64,000 bases of DNA from Auanema rhodensis (taxonomy: Eukaryota > Animalia > Nematoda), in contig OZ059896.1 in NCBI GenBank assembly GCA_964057225.1, positions 1,798,001-1,862,000 on the forward strand, read 5' to 3'. Both the position numbers and the translations under genes were made by a program. This document shows, piece by piece, positions 55,724 to 64,000 of this stretch (position 1 is its first letter; each line of letters begins with the position of its first letter). The notes under the pieces were generated by a model. The model was not told the DNA's origin and did no database searches. It saw nothing but the letters and a program-made list of their open reading frames with translations.

Positions 55724-58700
55724 TCACCCTGAAGAATTAATTTTTTTGTTGAATAACAATGTCCATCGTCTTTGTCTTGAAAAAAGGAATCTAAAAACAT
55801 CTACTTTTTGTGAAATTATTTTGAAATTTTTCGGGAAAATTTTTGTCAAAATGTTTTTGGAAGCATTGTTGAGTGTACATGGAAACTCAACATACACTAA
55901 TGCATCATTTTTCAAACGATCATAACTAATTTTTGTATTGAGCGTTTCTCCATGTAGTATAGTGCATTCGATGCGGATTTTCAAGCTGCGTCGATCTGTG
56001 TTATCAGATTTGCGCTAGCTTGAAAATGCACCGAGATATCAACTGATATAGGTTCACACTTATATCCTCGATTTTCACCGTGAAGAATTAATTTTTTTGT
56101 TGAATAACAATGTCCATCGTCTTTGTCTTGAAAAAAGGAATCTAAAAACATCTACTTTTTGTGAAATTATTTTGAAATTTTTCGGGAAAATTTTTGTCAA
56201 AATGTTTTTGGAAGCATTGTTGAGTGTACATGGAAACTCAACATACACTAATGCATCATTTTTCAAACGATCATAACTAATTTTTGTATTGAGCGTTTCT
56301 CCATGTAGTATAGTGCATTCGATGCGGATTTTTAAGCTGCGTCGATCTGTGTTATCAGATTTGCGCTAGCTTGAAAATGCACCGAGATATCAACTGATAT
56401 AGGTTCACACTTATATCCTCGATTTTCACCCTGAAGATTTAATTTTTTCGTTGAATAACATTGTCCATCGTCTTTGTCTTGAAGAAAGGAATCTAAAAAC
56501 ATCTACTTTTTGTGAAATTATTTTGAAATTTTTCGGGAAAATTTTTGTCAAAATGTTTTTGGAAGCATTGTTGAGTGTACATGAAAACTCAACATACACT
56601 AATGCATCATTTTTCAAACGATCATAACTAATTTTTGTGATGAGCGTTTCTCCATTTAGTATAGTGCATTCGATGCGGATTTTTAAGCTGCGTCGATCTG
56701 TGTTATCAGATTTGCGCTAGCTTAAAAATGCACCGAGATATCAACTGATATAAGTTCACACTTATATCCTCGATTTTCACCGTGAAGAATTAATTTTTTT
56801 GTTGAATAACAATGTCCATCGTCTTTGTCTTGAAAAAAGGAATCTAAAAACATCTACTTTTTGTGAAATTTTTTTGAAATTTTTCGGGAAAATTTTTGTC
56901 AAAATGTTTTTGGAAGCATTGTTGAGTGTACATGAAAACTCAACATACACTAATGCATCATTTTTCAAACGATCATAACTAATTTTTGTATTTAGCGTTT
57001 CTCCATGTAGTATAGTGCATTCGATGCGGATTTTTAAGCTGCGTCGATCTGTGTTATCAGATTTGCGCTAGCTTGAAAATGCACCGAGATATCAACTGAT
57101 ATAGGTTCACACTTATATCCTCGATTTTCACCGTGAAGAATTAATTTTTTTGTTGAATAACAATGTCCATCGTCTTTGTCTTGAAAAAAGGAATCTAAAA
57201 ACATCTACTTTTTGTGAAATTATTTTGAAATTTTTCGGGAAAATTTTTGTCAAAATGTTTTTGGAAGCATTGTTGAGTGTACATGGAAACTCAACATACA
57301 CTAATGCATCATTTTTCAAACGATCATAACTAATTTTTGTATTGAGCGTTTCTCCATGTAGTATAGTGCATTCGATGCGGATTTTTAAGCTGCGTCGATC
57401 TGTGTTATCAGATTTGCGCTAGCTTGAAAATGCACCGAGATATCAACTGATATAGGTTCACACTTATATCCTCGATTTTCACCCTGAAGATTTAATTTTT
57501 TCGTTGAATAACATTGTCCATCGTCTTTGTCTTGAAAAAAGGAATCTAAAAACATCTACTTTTTGTGAAATTATTTTGAAATTTTTCGGGAAAATTTTTG
57601 TCAAAATGTTTTTGGAAGCATTGTTGAGTGTACATGAAAACTCAACATACACTAATGCATCATTTTTCAAACGATCATAACTAATTTTTGTGATGAGCGT
57701 TTCTCCATGTAGTATAGTGCATTCGATGCGGATTTTTAAGCTGCGTCGATCTGTGTTATCAGATTTGCGCTAGCTTAAAAATGCACCGAGATATCAACTG
57801 ATATAAGTTCACACTTATATCCTCGATTTTCACCCTGAAGAATTAATTTTTTTGTTGAATAACAATGTCCATCGTCTTTGTCTTGAAAAAAGGAATCTAA
57901 AAACATCTACTTTTTGTGAAATTATTTTGAAATTTTTAGGGAAAATTTTTGTCAAAATGTTTTTGGAAGCATTGTTGAGTGTACATGAAAACTCAACATA
58001 CACTAATGCATCATTTTTCAAACGATCATAACTAATTTTTGTGATGAGCGTTTCTCCATGTAGTATAGTGCATTCGATGCGGATTTTTAAGCTGCGTCGA
58101 TCTGTGTTATCAGATTTGCGCTAGCTTGAAAATGCACCGAGATATCAACTGATATAGGTTCACACTTATATCCTCGATTTTCACCCTGAAGATTTAATTT
58201 TTTCGTTGAATAACATTGTCCATCGTCTTTGTCTTGAAAAAAGGAATCTAAAAACATCTACTTTTTGCGAAATTATTTTGAAATTTTTCGAAAAAGTTTT
58301 GTCAAAATGTTTTTGGAAGCAATGTTGAGTGTACATGGAAACTCAACATACACTAATGCATCATTTTTCAAACGATCATAACTAATTTTTGTGATGAGCG
58401 TTTCTCCATGTAGTATAGTGCATTCGATGCGGATTTTTAAGCTGCGTCGATCTGTGTTATCAGATTTGCGCTAGCTTAAAAATGCACCGAGATATCAACT
58501 GATATAAGTTCACACTTATATCCTCGATTTTCACCCTGAAGAATTAATTTTTTTGTTGAATAACAATGTCCATCGTCTTTGTCTTGAAAAAAGGAATCTA
58601 AAAACATCTACTTTTTGTGAAATTATTTTGAAATTTTTCGGGAAAATTTTTGTCAAAATGTTTTTGGAAGCATTGTTGAGTGTACATGGAAACTCAACAT

Positions 58701-61700
58701 ACACTAATGCATCATTTTTCAAACGATCATAACTAATTTTTGTATTGAGCGTTTCTCCATGTAGTATAGTGCATTCGATGCGGATTTTTAAGCTGCGTCG
58801 ATCTGTGTTATCAGATTTGCGCTAGCTTGAAAATGCACCGAGATATCAACTGATATAGGTTCACACTTATATCCTCGATTTTCACCCTGAAGATTTAATT
58901 TTTTCGTTGAATAACATTGTCCATCGTCTTTGTCTTGAAAAAAGGAATCTAAAAACATCTACTTTTTGTGAAATTATTTTGAAATTTTTCGGGAAAATTT
59001 TTGTCAAAATGTTTTTGGAAGCATTGTTGAGTGTACATGAAAACTCAACATACACTAATGCATCATTTTTCAAACGATCATAACTAATTTTTGTGATGAG
59101 CGTTTCTCCATGTAGTATAGTGCATTCGATGCGGATTTTTAAGCTGCGTCGATCTGTGTTATCAGATTTGCGCTAGCTTAAAAATGCACCGAGATATCAA
59201 CTGATATAAGTTCACACTTATATCCTCGATTTTCACCCTGAAGAATTAATTTTTTTGTTGAATAACAATGTCCATCGTCTTTGTCTTGAAAAAAGGAATC
59301 TAAAAACATCTACTTTTTGTGAAATTATTTTGAAATTTTTCGGGAAAATTTTTGTCAAAATGTTTTTGGAAGCATTGTTGAGTGTACATGGAAACTCAAC
59401 ATACACTAATGCATCATTTTTCAAACGATCATAACTAATTTTTGTATTGAGCGTTTCTCCATGTAGTATAGTGCATTCGATGCGGATTTTCAAGCTGCGT
59501 CGATCTGTGTTATCAGATTTGCGCTAGCTTGAAAATGCACCGAGATATCAACTGATATAGGTTCACACTTATATCCTCGATTTTCACCGTGAAGAATTAA
59601 TTTTTTTGTTGAATAACAATGTCCATCGTCTTTGTCTTGAAAAAAGGAATCTAAAAACATCTACTTTTTGTGAAATTATTTTGAAATTTTTCGGGAAAAT
59701 TTTTGTCAAAATGTTTTTGGAAGCATTGTTGAGTGTACATGGAAACTCAACATACACTAATGCATCATTTTTCAAACGATCATAACTAATTTTTGTATTG
59801 AGCGTTTCTCCATGTAGTATAGTGCATTCGATGCGGATTTTTAAGCTGCGTCGATCTGTGTTATCAGATTTGCGCTAGCTTGAAAATGCACCGAGATATC
59901 AACTGATATAGGTTCACACTTATATCCTCGATTTTCACCCTGAAGATTTAATTTTTTCGTTGAATAACATTGTCCATCGTCTTTGTCTTGAAGAAAGGAA
60001 TCTAAAAACATCTACTTTTTGTGAAATTATTTTGAAATTTTTCGGGAAAATTTTTGTCAAAATGTTTTTGGAAGCATTGTTGAGTGTACATGAAAACTCA
60101 ACATACACTAATGCATCATTTTTCAAACGATCATAACTAATTTTTGTGATGAGCGTTTCTCCATTTAGTATAGTGCATTCGATGCGGATTTTTAAGCTGC
60201 GTCGATCTGTGTTATCAGATTTGCGCTAGCTTAAAAATGCACCGAGATATCAACTGATATAAGTTCACACTTATATCCTCGATTTTCACCGTGAAGAATT
60301 AATTTTTTTGTTGAATAACAATGTCCATCGTCTTTGTCTTGAAAAAAGGAATCTAAAAACATCTACTTTTTGTGAAATTTTTTTGAAATTTTTCGGGAAA
60401 ATTTTTGTCAAAATGTTTTTGGAAGCATTGTTGAGTGTACATGAAAACTCAACATACACTAATGCATCATTTTTCAAACGATCATAACTAATTTTTGTAT
60501 TGAGCGTTTCTCCATGTAGTATAGTGCATTCGATGCGGATTTTTAAGCTGCGTCGATCTGTGTTATCAGATTTGCGCTAGCTTGAAAATGCACCGAGATA
60601 TCAACTGATATAGGTTCACACTTATATCCTCGATTTTCACCGTGAAGAATTAATTTTTTTGTTGAATAACAATGTCCATCGTCTTTGTCTTGAAAAAAGG
60701 AATCTAAAAACATCTACTTTTTGTGAAATTATTTTGAAATTTTTCGGGAAAATTTTTGTCAAAATGTTTTTGGAAGCATTGTTGAGTGTACATGGAAACT
60801 CAACATACACTAATGCATCATTTTTCAAACGATCATAACTAATTTTTGTATTGAGCGTTTCTCCATGTAGTATAGTGCATTCGATGCGGATTTTTAAGCT
60901 GCGTCGATCTGTGTTATCAGATTTGCGCTAGCTTGAAAATGCACCGAGATATCAACTGATATAGGTTCACACTTATATCCTCGATTTTCACCCTGAAGAT
61001 TTAATTTTTTCGTTGAATAACATTGTCCATCGTCTTTGTCTTGAAAAAAGGAATCTAAAAACATCTACTTTTTGTGAAATTATTTTGAAATTTTTCGGGA
61101 AAATTTTTGTCAAAATGTTTTTGGAAGCATTGTTGAGTGTACATGAAAACTCAACATACACTAATGCATCATTTTTCAAACGATCATAACTAATTTTTGT
61201 GATGAGCGTTTCTCCATGTAGTATAGTGCATTCGATGCGGATTTTTAAGCTGCGTCGATCTGTGTTATCAGATTTGCGCTAGCTTAAAAATGCACCGAGA
61301 TATCAACTGATATAAGTTCACACTTATATCCTCGATTTTCACCCTGAAGAATTAATTTTTTTGTTGAATAACAATGTCCATCGTCTTTGTCTTGAAAAAA
61401 GGAATCTAAAAACATCTACTTTTTGTGAAATTATTTTGAAATTTTTAGGGAAAATTTTTGTCAAAATGTTTTTGGAAGCATTGTTGAGTGTACATGAAAA
61501 CTCAACATACACTAATGCATCATTTTTCAAACGATCATAACTAATTTTTGTGATGAGCGTTTCTCCATGTAGTATAGTGCATTCGATGCGGATTTTTAAG
61601 CTGCGTCGATCTGTGTTATCAGATTTGCGCTAGCTTGAAAATGCACCGAGATATCAACTGATATAGGTTCACACTTATATCCTCGATTTTCACCCTGAAG

Positions 61701-62741
61701 ATTTAATTTTTTCGTTGAATAACATTGTCCATCGTCTTTGTCTTGAAAAAAGGAATCTAAAAACATCTACTTTTTGCGAAATTATTTTGAAATTTTTCGA
61801 AAAAGTTTTGTCAAAATGTTTTTGGAAGCAATGTTGAGTGTACATGGAAACTCAACATACACTAATGCATCATTTTTCAAACGATCATAACTAATTTTTG
61901 TGATGAGCGTTTCTCCATGTAGTATAGTGCATTCGATGCGGATTTTTAAGCTGCGTCGATCTGTGTTATCAGATTTGCGCTAGCTTAAAAATGCACCGAG
62001 ATATCAACTGATATAAGTTCACACTTATATCCTCGATTTTCACCCTGAAGAATTAATTTTTTTGTTGAATAACAATGTCCATCGTCTTTGTCTTGAAAAA
62101 AGGAATCTAAAAACATCTACTTTTTGTGAAATTATTTTGAAATTTTTCGGGAAAATTTTTGTCAAAATGTTTTTGGAAGCATTGTTGAGTGTACATGGAA
62201 ACTCAACATACACTAATGCATCATTTTTCAAACGATCATAACTAATTTTTGTATTGAGCGTTTCTCCATGTAGTATAGTGCATTCGATGCGGATTTTTAA
62301 GCTGCGTCGATCTGTGTTATCAGATTTGCGCTAGCTTGAAAATGCACCGAGATATCAACTGATATAGGTTCACACTTATATCCTCGATTTTCACCCTGAA
62401 GATTTAATTTTTTCGTTGAATAACATTGTCCATCGTCTTTGTCTTGAAAAAAGGAATCTAAAAACATCTACTTTTTGTGAAATTATTTTGAAATTTTTCG
62501 GGAAAATTTTTGTCAAAATGTTTTTGGAAGCATTGTTGAGTGTACATGAAAACTCAACATACACTAATGCATCATTTTTCAAACGATCATAACTAATTTT
62601 TGTGATGAGCGTTTCTCCATGTAGTATAGTGCATTCGATGCGGATTTTTAAGCTGCGTCGATCTGTGTTATCAGATTTGCGCTAGCTTAAAAATGCACCG
62701 AGATATCAACTGATATAAGTTCACACTTATATCCTCGATTT
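55724..62741. repeat. Higher-order duplication of 10 monomers (3509 bp x 2), each copy containing one 350-bp monomer
   Basis: 86-aa ORF variant at 55724/59233, KKIS variant at 56777/60286, 350-bp monomer at 58181/61690; every offset is 3509 = 10x351-1. Confidence 0.93.
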
Positions 62742-64000
62742 TCACCCTGAAGAATTAATTTTTTTGTTGAATAACAATGTCCATCGTCTTTGTCTTGAAA
62801 AAAGGAATCTAAAAACATCTACTTTTTGTGAAATTATTTTGAAATTTTTAGGGAAAATTTTTGTCAAAATGTTTTTGGAAGCATTGTTGAGTGTACATGA
62901 AAACTCAACATACACTAATGCATCATTTTTCAAACGATCATAACTAATTTTTGTGATGAGCGTTTCTCCATGTAGTATAGTGCATTCGATGCGGATTTTT
63001 AAGCTGCGTCGATCTGTGTTATCAGATTTGCGCTAGCTTGAAAATGCACCGAGATATCAACTGATATAGGTTCACACTTATATCCTCGATTTTCACCCTG
63101 AAGATTTAATTTTTTCGTTGAATAACATTGTCCATCGTCTTTGTCTTGAAAAAAGGAATCTAAAAACATCTACTTTTTGCGAAATTATTTTGAAATTTTT
63201 CGAAAAAGTTTTGTCAAAATGTTTTTGGAAGCAATGTTGAGTGTACATGGAAACTCAACATACACTAATGCATCATTTTTCAAACGATCATAACTAATTT
63301 TTGTGATGAGCGTTTCTCCATGTAGTATAGTGCATTCGATGCGGATTTTTAAGCTGCGTCGATCTGTGTTATCAGATTTGCGCTAGCTTAAAAATGCACC
63401 GAGATATCAACTGATATAAGTTCACACTTATATCCTCGATTTTCACCCTGAAGAATTAATTTTTTTGTTGAATAACAATGTCCATCGTCTTTGTCTTGAA
63501 AAAAGGAATCTAAAAACATCTACTTTTTGTGAAATTATTTTGAAATTTTTCGGGAAAATTTTTGTCAAAATGTTTTTGGAAGCAATGTTGAGTGTACATG
63601 GAAACTCAACATACACTAATGCATCATTTTTCAAACGATCATAACTAATTTTTGTATTGAGTGTTTCCCAATGTAGTATAGTGCATTCGATGCGGATTTT
63701 TAAGCTGCGTCGATCTGTGTTATCAGATTTGCGCTAGCTTGAAAATGCACCGAGATATCAACTGATATAGGTTCACACTTATATCCTCGATTTTCACCGT
63801 GAAGAATTAATTTTTTCGTTGAATAACAATGTCCATCGTCTTTGTCTTGAAAAAAGGAATCTAAAAACATCTACTTTTTGTAAATTTATTCTGAAATTTT
63901 TCGGGAAAATGTTTGTCAAAATGTTTTTGGAAGCAATGTTGAGTGTACATGGAAACTCAACATACACTAATGCATCATTTTTCAAACAATCATAACTAAT

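Larger units (their letters stand above)
1..64000. repeat. Satellite DNA: tandem array of a 351-bp monomer, about 182 copies, single orientation
   Basis: Landmarks such as ctcgattttcacc, gcgctagctt and gtgtacatg recur every 351 bp, and ORF-track starts step by 351 (4477, 4828, 5179 ...). From 265 to 63794 is 181 monomers once one +3 and five -1 indels are allowed for. Monomer 25891-26241 has 53 C + 57 G in 351 bp. No non-repeat sequence seen. Confidence 0.99.

Noticed and set aside
55724-55984. Longer 86-aa ORF (also 59233-59493)
   Set aside because: It arises from one T>C change that makes an upstream TTG in a frame that is already open in many monomers (up to 96 codons stop to stop, without an initiating ATG).
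265-63985. Tandem gene array encoding a 63-aa peptide (MKNDALVYVEF...) on the minus strand
   Set aside because: The start is TTG (tttttcaa on the + strand), not ATG. Most variants change amino acids, six copies have an internal TAG and five are frameshifted. The F/K/N/I-rich composition mirrors the A/T tracts and there is no recognisable domain. dN/dS well below 1, or ribosome-profiling or proteomic support, would reopen it.
1-64000. Giant repetitive protein, since 351 = 3 x 117 keeps frame between monomers
   Set aside because: The most open frame has several stops per monomer (TGA, TAA, TGA, TGA, TAG), and the ORF track shows nothing spanning monomers.
1-64000. CRISPR array
   Set aside because: No unique spacers, a unit far too long, and no cas genes.
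1-64000. Tandem 5S rRNA, tRNA, snRNA or spliced-leader gene array
   Set aside because: I recognise no conserved motif or fold of these RNAs in the 31%-GC monomer. An Rfam cmscan was not possible here.

Overview
The whole 64-kb window is one uninterrupted, head-to-tail tandem array of a 351-bp AT-rich monomer (one monomer counted by hand is 31% GC). It reads as a eukaryotic-type satellite DNA block, and both ends of the window fall inside the array. In the phase set by the repeated ORF (first boundary at 265) there are 181 complete monomers plus two partial ones: 175 are 351 bp, five are 350 bp and one is 354 bp. I saw no inversion, unique spacer, transposon insertion, RNA gene or credible protein gene. 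The repeated 63-aa minus-strand ORF is most likely a by-product of the repeat (TTG start, mostly amino-acid-changing variants, broken in 11 copies), but it is a useful barcode for monomer variants. Those variants show a diverged subfamily at the left end, local higher-order duplications of 2, 3, 4, 6, 8, 10 and 14 monomers, and allele turnover along the array. The monomer is built from several dyad symmetries, including a ~67-nt fold-back, and several of its polymorphisms fall on base-paired partner positions. That last pattern is the most novel-looking signal, but it needs a statistical test. I cannot name the organism or satellite family, and I do not see a new protein-based system here.
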